Shown piece after piece: positions 9,344 to 17,552 of a stretch of DNA of 64,000 bases (its first letter is position 1; every line of letters starts with the position of its first letter). Where the stretch lies: contig CAVSOU010000010.1 in assembly GCA_963729625.1 (NCBI GenBank), positions 288,001 through 352,000 on the forward strand, given 5' to 3'. This DNA is from an uncultured bacterium. Lineage in GTDB: Bacteria; Chloroflexota; UBA5177; JANWHV01. Position numbers and translations under genes: made by a program. The notes below the pieces were generated by a model that saw nothing but the letters and a program-made list of their open reading frames with translations, ran no database searches and was not told the origin of the DNA.

Positions 9344-10348
9344 ATGGCTGGCCTGGAGGTCGTGCTCGCGGTCATAGCCGCGATACTCGTGGTTATAGCC
9401 GCTCGAACGTGGCGGATTGTGCCGCAGCAACGGGTCGGCGTCATACAGCGCTTGGGCAAGTATCATCGGACCGCCGCTGCCGGATTGCAGGTCGTGGTCC
9501 CGTTCATCGACAAGATGTTGCCGTATATCGACCTGCGTGAGCAGGTGGTCAGTTTCCAACCCCAGCCGGTGATCACGTCCGACAACGTCACGATCAACGT
9601 TACCAGCGTGATCTACTATCAGATTCACGATCCCCATAATGCGACATACGCCGTGGCCAACCTGCTGAATGCAATGGAACAGATCTCGCAGACGACGTTG
9701 CGCAACGTGATGGGCGCGCTCACGCTCGATAAAAGCCTTACGAGCCGGGACGACATTAATTCTCGGCTGCGCGTTGATCTCGACGAAGTCACCGAGAAGT
9801 GGGGCGTCCGCGTAACGCGAGTCGAGCTGAAGGATATCAGCCCGCCCAAAGACATTCAGGTAGCCATGGAGAAACAGATGCAGGCCGAACGCAACAAGCG
9901 CGCGGCGATTCTGACGGCTGAAGGAGACGCCCAGGCTGCTGTTCTCAGGGCCGACGGCGAGAAGAAAGCACTCATATTGTCGAGTGAGGGTCAAAGGCAG
10001 GCCGCGATACTGCGGGCCGAGGGTGACGCGAAAGCGCTGTTGACAATGCAGGAGGCGCAGGCCGAGACCGTCCGCATGCTGTTCGAAGCAGTCAACACAT
10101 CAGGAGCTACTTCGGAGGCAATGCAGTACCAGTACATGCAGATGCTGCCCAAGCTTGCGTCCAATCCGGCCAACAAGGTATTTGTCGTACCCGCCGACAT
10201 GGCCGGGCTGGCCGGACTTGCAACATCAGCGGCCCAGGTTGGCTCGGCCTTCACCGACGCGGCAACTGCGGACCGCTCCGCAGGGCGATCGCTCGGTGAC
10301 GGCAAACGGAACGAGCCCGTGCCTCAATTGAGCTCTACCAGCGGGTAG
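9344..10348 (+). CDS. SPFH/Band 7 (stomatin-like, QmcA/paraslipin) protein
   Basis: IVPQQRVGVIQRLGKY, QPVITSDNV, TLRNVMG, WGVRVTRVEL, MEKQMQAER and AEG repeats. Start is 9338 or 9344 after AAGGGAG. Confidence 0.92.
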   Translation: MAGLEVVLAVIAAILVVIAARTWRIVPQQRVGVIQRLGKYHRTAAAGLQVVVPFIDKMLPYIDLREQVVSFQPQPVITSDNVTINVTSVIYYQIHDPHNATYAVANLLNAMEQISQTTLRNVMGALTLDKSLTSRDDINSRLRVDLDEVTEKWGVRVTRVELKDISPPKDIQVAMEKQMQAERNKRAAILTAEGDAQAAVLRADGEKKALILSSEGQRQAAILRAEGDAKALLTMQEAQAETVRMLFEAVNTSGATSEAMQYQYMQMLPKLASNPANKVFVVPADMAGLAGLATSAAQVGSAFTDAATADRSAGRSLGDGKRNEPVPQLSSTSG

Positions 10349-10437
10349 ATTTTGGCAGCAGAGCCCTGTCCGCAACGGAGGCGGCCCCGGCAAGGACCGC
10401 CTTCCCTGTTGCTACTCGGACAAACACTGTGCCGCGA

Positions 10438-11082
10438 TCAACTACCGACGGGTTGTGCCAGCTCCGCCTTGCCGGTGTGCACGATCTGATCGAGAGCGAT
10501 TTCCTCCTCGACCATCACTATCTGCCGGTGAAGCGCATCTACGGTCTTCTGCGCCTTGGCGTGTTCCTCCTTCAACCACTCCAGTCTCTGAAGAAGTCGC
10601 TTGCTGGGGAACTGCCGATCGTTCTCATACCGGCTGGCATGCTCCTGGAGCCGCTGTTGATATGCCTCCGCGTCGCGCTGATGGCCGAGCGCGCTGCGAT
10701 GATAGTAGCAATGGACGTGCGCGCGCACCTCGTGATTCCACACAAGCTTGAAGTGGTGATCTTCGCAGTCGAACTCGTACTCCGACGCATCCTGAAGTTC
10801 AGTAAATGCAGTCTCCAGGACATCCGCAGGTAGCGAGAGAAAGTAGTCTCGAAGTAAGCGCTCGTGCGGATTCGCTTCGTAGTGGTGTTGGGGGCTGGGA
10901 AACTCGACGTGAATACCGTGCCAGGACAGCTTGTACCAAAAGTGTCCATGGTCGATGTCCAGGAGATCAAACTCCTTGAGAAACATATACCGTGAGGCGA
11001 GATGATCCTCGGAGTGAAGCTCACTCACGGTAGCATCGTCGATCTTCGACAGTTCCTCATAACTGAGTTGAGTCTCGGCCAT
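10438..11082 (-). CDS. Hypothetical His/Glu-rich protein with a C-terminal coiled coil
   Basis: Long ORF with RBS GGAGG. No family recognised. Confidence 0.75.
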   Translation of the reverse strand: MAETQLSYEELSKIDDATVSELHSEDHLASRYMFLKEFDLLDIDHGHFWYKLSWHGIHVEFPSPQHHYEANPHERLLRDYFLSLPADVLETAFTELQDASEYEFDCEDHHFKLVWNHEVRAHVHCYYHRSALGHQRDAEAYQQRLQEHASRYENDRQFPSKRLLQRLEWLKEEHAKAQKTVDALHRQIVMVEEEIALDQIVHTGKAELAQPVGS

Positions 11083-11210
11083 CATAACCTCCAACTACCG
11101 AAACGTTGCCGCTGCTACCACATTGTCGTCATGGTACGCTGCCCCCTAACTGTGGTCAACAGCGCGTGCAGGACGAACGGACCCCCCCGTATGACTGTTG
11201 TCCTATGGAT

Positions 11211-11239
11211 TTGACGGCCGCGCCCAGGGTCCGTATACT
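11211..11239 (+). promoter_or_regulatory. Sigma70 promoter of tRNA-Val / T-box / thrS
   Basis: TTGACG-N17-TATACT, ending 10 bp before the tRNA. Confidence 0.7.
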
Positions 11240-11248
11240 GCGTCGTAC

Positions 11249-11322
11249 GGGCGGTTAGCTCAGTTGGTTAGAGCGCTGCGTTGACATCGCAGAGGTCATT
11301 GGTTCGAGTCCAATACCGCCCA
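11249..11322 (+). tRNA. tRNA-Val(GAC)
   Basis: Acceptor GGGCGGT/ACCGCCC, anticodon arm CTGCG-TTGACAT-CGCAG, T-arm GGTTCGAGTCC. CCA is not encoded. Confidence 0.96.
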
Positions 11323-11328
11323 CTCGGG

Positions 11329-11562
11329 GACTTTGAAGTAGACTTGCCGGATCGTCTCGCTTCGCCACCGTCTTCAGAGAGGCGCTCGTAGTGCTGGAAG
11401 AGCGCCGGCGGGGAGCGAGTATGGACCGCCGGTAAGGAACTGACAGCGAAAGCTGCAACGCGGCCCGGCGCTATGGGCGCGGATGAAGTGGCGGCGCTTG
11501 CCGCTATGTAGGGTGGAACCACGGGGTAGGCCCCTCGTCCCTGGATGGACGAGGGGCCTTTG
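11329..11562 (+). ncRNA. T-box riboswitch (threonine-specific) leader of thrS
   Basis: Stem I has AGAGA and GCTG motifs, with specifier ACC at 11424-11426. T-box AGGGTGGAACCACGG at 11510-11524. Terminator AGGCCCCTCGTCC-N6-GGACGAGGGGCCT-TT. Confidence 0.9.
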
Positions 11563-11588
11563 CGTCTAGAGCAGGAATGGAGATCACC

Positions 11589-13358
11589 ATGCCGGCGGAG
11601 CTGAACATCGAAGGCGATGTGGAGAGCAGCGGCCAACAAGAGCTGGACGCTATGCGGCACAGCCTCGCGCACATCATGGCCGAAGCGGTGCTGAAGCTGT
11701 TCCCGGGCGCCAAGCTGGGCATCGGCCCGTGGATCGAGAACGGATTCTACTACGACTTCGAACTTCCCCGACCGCTCACGCCAGAAGACCTGGCGGCGAT
11801 CGAAACACTCATGCGCGAACGGGTCAATTCGACCAGCCGTTTTGTGCGCGAGGTGGTTTCGCATGACGATGCGGTGCAGCTCTTCGCCGAGCAGCCGTAC
11901 AAGCTCGAGCTCGTCGAGCGATTCCACGGCCAAGAACTGAGCACGTATAAGCACGGCGACTTCATCGACCTCTGCCGGGGACCCCACGTAGAGGATTCGG
12001 GAAGAGTGGGCGCGTTCAAGCTGCTGAATGTGGCGGGCGCTTACTGGGCGGGTGACGAGCACCGCCCGATGCTGCAGCGTATCTACGGTGCGGCGTTTCC
12101 ATCGCAAGCCGACCTGGACGCGTATCTGGAACGGCTTGAGCTGGCACGACAGCGCGATCACAGGAAACTGGGTAAAGAACTGCACCTGTTTACCTTCAGC
12201 GACCAGATCGGACCTGGTCTTCCGCTCTTCCTGCCTCGCGGCGAGATGCTGCGCCACCTCCTCGAGAGCTATGTAAGGGAGACGCAGACTCGATACGGCT
12301 ACGAGCACGTCTGGACCAGTCACATGGTCAAGAAGGAGCTTTATGTAAAGTCCGGACACTGGGAGCATTACAGCGACGTCATGTTTCCCGCCATGGCGGA
12401 TGGCGACCAGGTGTTTTTGCTGAAGCCGATGAACTGCCCGAGCCATATGACGCTCTTCAACACGCAGCTGCACAGCTATCGTGACCTGCCCAAACGCTAC
12501 GCCGAGTTTTGCACACTGTATCGCTACGAGCGCTCCGGCGAGCTCAACGGGCTGACGCGCGTGCGTTCGCTCACGCAGGATGACTGCCACATCTTCTGCA
12601 CCCCCGATCAGGTCGAAGAGGAGTTCGGGCTGGCACTCGATCTCGTGCGTGAAGTCCTCGGCACCTACGGCTTCACAGACTACCATGTTCAGCTGTCACT
12701 TCGCTCCCGAGAAGCCGGCAAGTTCGTGGACGACGACGAAAAGTGGACCCTGGCCGAGGAGGCGCTCCGGCGCTCGCTCGATGGAAAGGGTGTGTCGTAC
12801 GCGGCTGTCGAGGGCGAGGCGGCGTTTTACGGTCCCAAGGCCGACTTCATGGCCAAGGACGTGCTGGGCCGTCAGTGGCAGTTGTCGACCATCCAGGTTG
12901 ACTTCATCCAGCCGGCGCGCCTGGGCGTCGAATATATCGGCGAGGATAACAGGGCACACACGCCCGTGGTGCTGCACCGCGCGGTCACGGGCTCCACGGA
13001 GCGATTCATGGGTGTGCTCATCGAGCACTATGGCGGCGCATTCCCGATCTGGCTGTCTCCGGTGCAGGCGATGGTGCTTTCAATCGCCGATCGCCACGCG
13101 CCATATGCACGGGACATCGCGGCGAAGATGCGGGGAGCCGGGCTTCGCGTCGAGGCTGATGTGCGCAACGAGCGATTGCAGTACAAGATCCGAGACGCGC
13201 AGCTCCAGAAACTGCCATATATGCTCATTGTCGGCGACCATGAAGCTGCCTCCAATACGGTCTCGATTCGCGATCGCGCGGGGGTCAAGCGCGACGGGGT
13301 CGCCGTGGACGCGTTGGTCGCCGAGCTTGTCGCCGTCAGTCGCGCTCGATCAGGTTAG
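11589..13358 (+). CDS. thrS: Threonine--tRNA ligase (no N-terminal TGS domain)
   Basis: RHSLAHIMA, DLCRGPHV, RDHRKLG, KPMNCP, GEAAFYGPK and C-terminal anticodon-binding domain. Start is 11577 or 11589. Confidence 0.97.
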   Translation: MPAELNIEGDVESSGQQELDAMRHSLAHIMAEAVLKLFPGAKLGIGPWIENGFYYDFELPRPLTPEDLAAIETLMRERVNSTSRFVREVVSHDDAVQLFAEQPYKLELVERFHGQELSTYKHGDFIDLCRGPHVEDSGRVGAFKLLNVAGAYWAGDEHRPMLQRIYGAAFPSQADLDAYLERLELARQRDHRKLGKELHLFTFSDQIGPGLPLFLPRGEMLRHLLESYVRETQTRYGYEHVWTSHMVKKELYVKSGHWEHYSDVMFPAMADGDQVFLLKPMNCPSHMTLFNTQLHSYRDLPKRYAEFCTLYRYERSGELNGLTRVRSLTQDDCHIFCTPDQVEEEFGLALDLVREVLGTYGFTDYHVQLSLRSREAGKFVDDDEKWTLAEEALRRSLDGKGVSYAAVEGEAAFYGPKADFMAKDVLGRQWQLSTIQVDFIQPARLGVEYIGEDNRAHTPVVLHRAVTGSTERFMGVLIEHYGGAFPIWLSPVQAMVLSIADRHAPYARDIAAKMRGAGLRVEADVRNERLQYKIRDAQLQKLPYMLIVGDHEAASNTVSIRDRAGVKRDGVAVDALVAELVAVSRARSG

Positions 13359-15352
13359 GATCCGCCCGGGGGCACGTCGAGGCGCAGTGTGATGCTGTTA
13401 GCGCCTAGCAACTGTGTGACTTCGGCTTCAAGTGCCGGGGCAAAGGTCACGCCTTGGGCTGGTCCGCGCTCGATCACGCGCTTGAACGTCGAGCGGACCA
13501 GTATGAGCCGCGCCTTCACGGGCCCGGGATGCCTGTCGAGCAGGGCGTGGACAGATGCGATTCGCGCGAGGTCGGCGGCTCGATCGCCTGCCAGCTCTAC
13601 GACAACTTCGGCGACGTACGGCGGCGTGTCGTCGATAAGTCGCCTGCTTACGCCGAGGCGCCAGCCGCTCGTCTCGACCGGCACAATCGAATCATCATGG
13701 CCATGCTCTTGCTCGGTGGCGTCACGCACCTGATTTCCGGTCAACGGGCGATCGGCGCCGGACAGGATGATCACTCCGGCCTCCGATTGCTCGGCCGCAG
13801 CGGCAAGAACGTAGGTCTTGGCCCGGATCGAAAGCGAGCGCGCCTCGACCGCCGATGCTCGGGTTGCTGATTCCCGTGCCATGAGCTTCGCCGCTCCTGT
13901 AGCATGAGATTCTGTTAGCGGTGACCAGCGCCGGTCAAGCGCGACGCGCCAGTCGTCGAGAGCCGGCGCTAGAGCGAGACGGACCTGGCCGGGTTCAGAC
14001 TCGGCGCCGGGTGCATTGGCCGCGCGAAGCACGGAGACAAGCTCGTGTTCCGCATCCTCCGCGGCAAGAAACGAGCGGCAGGCTCCGGAAGCGACAACCC
14101 GGCACAAGGCTTCCGGCTGCTGCGGCAATACAGGAACACGCAAAGCGAGGTCGCTGAGTGAAACGAACGGCGCCGCGGCTCGTTGCTCGGCAAGCAGTTG
14201 CGCCACTGCACCGGACAGGCCGGGGATGGCGATGACCGGACATTGCAGCTCATATCGGCCGTCGTCAAGCTCGAGTCGCCACGAGGTGGCCACGCTTTCC
14301 ACCAGCGGCGCGACAAGGTGCACGCCGGCTTCGCTCGCCGCGCGTGCGCTGGAGAGGACCACGTGTTCATCCGAGCTCATCAGCAGGCCGCGGTAGCCGG
14401 CGGTGGGGTTTCTGGCGGTGATGACGGCAAGCTGCCAGACCAACTTGGCCTGCGAGCGCAGGGCATGTGCTGCGATAGTGTGACCCGGCGTCGAGAGTCC
14501 GGACAGCCAGAGCGTTTCCAGCTCTTCCAGGCTGTCAAGCCGAGCAGGAATCGGGAGCGATGACCGGGACACATCTGGGACCAGGTGGGGCCACGCTGAC
14601 GACATCAGGGCCGCCTGAACTGCGCGGTCCGCAACGAGTACCTTTCCAGACACTGGCGCCGTGTAGTCGTCCATGTCGACTTCCGCCGAGACTGCCGCGG
14701 CGACGGCAAGCCACAGCGCCGAAGAAATCAGGCGCACCGCCGCCGGTCGAATTCCACCTACTGGAAGAGTGAACAGCGGCTGACCGAGGTCAGCCGGAGC
14801 GACGTCGAGCGTGTTGCGCGGTTCGGCCAGGAGCACGGTCGTCCATTCGTCGATTCGTTGCAATCGCAAGCAAAGCACCAGGAGACTGCATTGCACATCG
14901 TGCAGTAGCGTCGCGTCCGCCCCGCGGGGAAGCAGCAGCGTCGGAATGTCGGCATACTCGGTCCCCAACCAGTCGACAAACGGCAATGCAGCTACTTCTG
15001 TTCCCGCATCGAACTCGACACGTGCCACGTCATGCACATCACGCGTAAGCATCTGCAGCGTCCTGGAGGTCGCCCATGGACCGTAGGCCAGCGCGGGTCC
15101 GCAATCGTTGCACGCAGCGGCGCAAATGACGGCGCACGCGAGGGCTGCGGACACGTCCATTCCCGCGCGGGCGACTGCCGATGCCTCGGCTGCCATCTCG
15201 TCACGGTGGTCCTCGAAGCCGGTCCGCGGGTACCGCTCCAGTACCGAAGACAGCAGCGTTGGAAACGTCGGCCCATCCGTTGCAGGCAATGTGGATCCAG
15301 CGCCTGCGTCCGGAGATGTCAGGTCGAGGTCGACGTACTCTTGCTCTTGCAC
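13355..15352 (-). CDS. Highly diverged, probably catalytically inactive DNA polymerase III alpha (DnaE)-like protein
   Basis: Collinear remnants of DnaE blocks: LERYP..EASAVARAG, HALRSQAKLVWQLAVITARNP, GVHLVAPLV, IAIPGLSG..AAPFVSLSDLALRV..VASGACRSF (HhH), GQVRLAL, and LLDRHPGPV..EVTQLLG. No PHP domain, GRGS or PDID. Confidence 0.7.
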   Translation of the reverse strand: MQEQEYVDLDLTSPDAGAGSTLPATDGPTFPTLLSSVLERYPRTGFEDHRDEMAAEASAVARAGMDVSAALACAVICAAACNDCGPALAYGPWATSRTLQMLTRDVHDVARVEFDAGTEVAALPFVDWLGTEYADIPTLLLPRGADATLLHDVQCSLLVLCLRLQRIDEWTTVLLAEPRNTLDVAPADLGQPLFTLPVGGIRPAAVRLISSALWLAVAAAVSAEVDMDDYTAPVSGKVLVADRAVQAALMSSAWPHLVPDVSRSSLPIPARLDSLEELETLWLSGLSTPGHTIAAHALRSQAKLVWQLAVITARNPTAGYRGLLMSSDEHVVLSSARAASEAGVHLVAPLVESVATSWRLELDDGRYELQCPVIAIPGLSGAVAQLLAEQRAAAPFVSLSDLALRVPVLPQQPEALCRVVASGACRSFLAAEDAEHELVSVLRAANAPGAESEPGQVRLALAPALDDWRVALDRRWSPLTESHATGAAKLMARESATRASAVEARSLSIRAKTYVLAAAAEQSEAGVIILSGADRPLTGNQVRDATEQEHGHDDSIVPVETSGWRLGVSRRLIDDTPPYVAEVVVELAGDRAADLARIASVHALLDRHPGPVKARLILVRSTFKRVIERGPAQGVTFAPALEAEVTQLLGANSITLRLDVPPGGS

Positions 15353-15476
15353 GTCCGCACAATCCTGTGAGTAGAAGAAGCCTATGCCTATCGTAACGGC
15401 GATTGAACCGCAACACTATGGTCTTTCTGCATAAAGTCGATCGATAGGTCGGCAGGTCGGACTCGCCTGTCATTCC

Positions 15477-15505
15477 TTGCGGCAGTGGGCCTGCTCGCGT
15501 ATAAT
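15477..15505 (+). promoter_or_regulatory. Sigma70 promoter of the tRNA-Ser pair
   Basis: TTGCGG-N17-TATAAT. Confidence 0.7.
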
Positions 15506-15515
15506 CATCTAGGCT

Positions 15516-15602
15516 GGAGGGGTCGCATAGCGGCCGAGTGCGGCTGTCTCGAAAACAGCTAGGGGTGCAAGCCCCTCGTGGGTTCGAATCCCACCCCCTC
15601 CG
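15516..15602 (+). tRNA. tRNA-Ser(CGA)
   Basis: Acceptor GGAGGGG/CCCCTCC, anticodon arm GCTGT-CTCGAAA-ACAGC, long variable arm, G73. Confidence 0.95.
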
Positions 15603-15607
15603 TTCAC

Positions 15608-15691
15608 GGAGAGGTCGCCTAGTTGGCCTAGGGCGCGTCACTGGAAATGACGTAGGCGCAAGCCTCGTGGGTTCGAATCCCACCCTCTCCG
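15608..15691 (+). tRNA. tRNA-Ser(GGA)
   Basis: Acceptor GGAGAGG/CCTCTCC, anticodon arm CGTCA-CTGGAAA-TGACG, long variable arm, G73. Confidence 0.95.
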
Positions 15692-15838
15692 CACCCGCCC
15701 TTCGCGGACTTCCCACTGGCCACTCTTTCTCAGTGTTCCCGTATCGGTTCGGCTACATAGAAGTTGGGAGGAAGCGCTGGGCTGGACGAATAACTGTTGC
15801 GGTGGTGCAAGGTCGAGACCCGGGGGAGGGGTGCACTG

Positions 15839-16276
15839 ATGGCCGACCGGAAAATAGAGCAACTCAGGAAGATGCCGATCTTTTCCCGCTGCTCAAAGTC
15901 TGAGATTGAGAACCTTGGGCGAAACGCCGACGAAATCGACTTCGCTGCCGGACGGACGCTCATCGAGCAAGACGTGCCAAACCACACGTTTTACTTGCTG
16001 CTGCAGGGTGAGGTAGAGGTCATGGTTCGCGGGCTCCCGTCTGTTCGCCTGGGACCTGGCGATTTCTTCGGCGAGATAAGCATGATCGAGCCGGGCCCGG
16101 CGACGGCCACCGTTGTCACGTCTACCGCGGTCGAAGCGCTCGTCATGAGCCATGCACAGTTCAACAACGCCATCAGAGCCGATGGGAACATCGCGCTGCA
16201 GGTTCTTGGGGTCATGGCGGAGAGGCTTCGCAGAGTCCAGCGAGGCGATCCTGACCAGCCCGCACACGGATTGTAG
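15839..16276 (+). CDS. Stand-alone cyclic nucleotide-binding domain protein
   Basis: LRKMPIFS, FYLLLQGEVEV, LGPGDFFGEISM..ATATV. RBS GGAGG. No HTH domain. Confidence 0.88.
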   Translation: MADRKIEQLRKMPIFSRCSKSEIENLGRNADEIDFAAGRTLIEQDVPNHTFYLLLQGEVEVMVRGLPSVRLGPGDFFGEISMIEPGPATATVVTSTAVEALVMSHAQFNNAIRADGNIALQVLGVMAERLRRVQRGDPDQPAHGL

Positions 16277-16366
16277 GTTCGCTCACCGTCGACCAAAGCG
16301 AGTCCGCGCTCGTCGAGGGACGTTCGATCGGTTAAGAACTAACAATTACATGTAGTTGATACTGCG

Positions 16367-16717
16367 CTAACTGCGTGCGCTTCCGTCCTCTGAGCGAGGC
16401 ACCTTGTTATCTCCCCTTGGTGCCCCGTAACGCAGTCGCTCGACGGCTCGGCCGTCGATCAAGTGCTCGTGCACTATTTCGTCTACGTCGGCCACCGTAA
16501 CTCCGCAGTACCAGATATCCTCGGGGTAAACCACGACCATCGGCCCGTGTCCGCACTGGTTCATACATCCCGCGTGATTGATGCGGACTCGACCCTTTAG
16601 CCCGGCGCGCGCCACGAGTTCCTTCATACGTGCGTGCACGCCGAGCCCATCGCCGTCCACTCTCGGACACCATTCGCCACTTGTGCAGACGAATACGTGC
16701 TTCTCGTACTGTCCCAT
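16367..16717 (-). CDS. Thioredoxin-like [2Fe-2S] ferredoxin
   Basis: HVFVCTSGEWC...AGCMNQCGHGPMVVVYPEDIWY..EIVHEHL. Confidence 0.9.
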   Translation of the reverse strand: MGQYEKHVFVCTSGEWCPRVDGDGLGVHARMKELVARAGLKGRVRINHAGCMNQCGHGPMVVVYPEDIWYCGVTVADVDEIVHEHLIDGRAVERLRYGAPRGDNKVPRSEDGSARS

Positions 16718-16823
16718 CTGTCTCCTTCACCCTCAAGCCACCAGGCATCGCGTGTGTTCGCCAGTCTCTTGTACGATACAGCAAGGACGAGTCATCCTCA
16801 GCGTGATTCACGAAGGGGGTCAA

Positions 16824-17552
16824 ATGTACATTCCACCGTCTACACGTGTCACGGACAGGACTGTGCTGCACGAACTGATGGAGCGCTTCAGTTTTGGCAC
16901 GCTCGTCACCGCGCGAGATGGATGCCCGAATGCGACACATTTGCCATTTCTTGTCTCCCCCGGCGGAGAGCATGGCCGTTTGGTCGCTCACCTCGCGCGT
17001 GCAAACGAGCAATGGCGTGATTTTAGCTCGGGACGGGAGGTGCTGGCCATCTTCCAGGGCGACCACACATATATCTCACCTGCCTGGTACGAGGATCACC
17101 CGAGCGTGCCGACCTGGAACTACATGGCCGTTCACGCATATGGCGTGCCGCGCGTGTTGGACGACGCGGTGCTGGTCCGCCAGTATCTCGAGTCGCTCGT
17201 CGCCCTGCATGAAGCGCCGTTCGACGATCCGTGGCGGATGGATCTTCCCGCTGAGTATTTATCCGGGATGGTGCGTGGCATTGTCGCGTTCGAGATTCCG
17301 ATCAGCCGGCTGGAAGGCAAGTTCAAGCTGAGCCAGAATCGGTCCGTGCGCGACCAGCGGCGCGTTGTCGACGCATTGTCGCGTAGCAGCGATTCACGCG
17401 CCCAGGGGGTCCGCGCGAAGATGGAAGCAGGTCTTCGCGTCGTGGCTGAGGAAGGCGACAGTAACTCCGATCGACAGACAGGCGATTCTCGCCAGAAACC
17501 AGACAGGGGAGCAGCTGATGAACAGGGAAGCCGGCACCTACCGTCGAGCTGA
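16824..17552 (+). CDS. PaiB-family FMN-binding protein
   Basis: MYIP, ATHLPF, HLARANEQW, HTYISPAWY, VPTWNY.AVH, GKFKLSQN. Confidence 0.9.
   Translation: MYIPPSTRVTDRTVLHELMERFSFGTLVTARDGCPNATHLPFLVSPGGEHGRLVAHLARANEQWRDFSSGREVLAIFQGDHTYISPAWYEDHPSVPTWNYMAVHAYGVPRVLDDAVLVRQYLESLVALHEAPFDDPWRMDLPAEYLSGMVRGIVAFEIPISRLEGKFKLSQNRSVRDQRRVVDALSRSSDSRAQGVRAKMEAGLRVVAEEGDSNSDRQTGDSRQKPDRGAADEQGSRHLPSS

Noticed and set aside
13355-15352. Calling the DnaE-like ORF an error-prone DnaE2 / imuABC cassette
   Set aside because: There are no imuA/imuB neighbours and no catalytic aspartates. It carries a tau-binding-like C-terminus that DnaE2 lacks.
16343-16358. Near-palindrome CAATTACATGTAGTTG resembling an NrdR box
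   Set aside because: It lies between convergent 3' ends, is a single copy, and no nrd genes are nearby.
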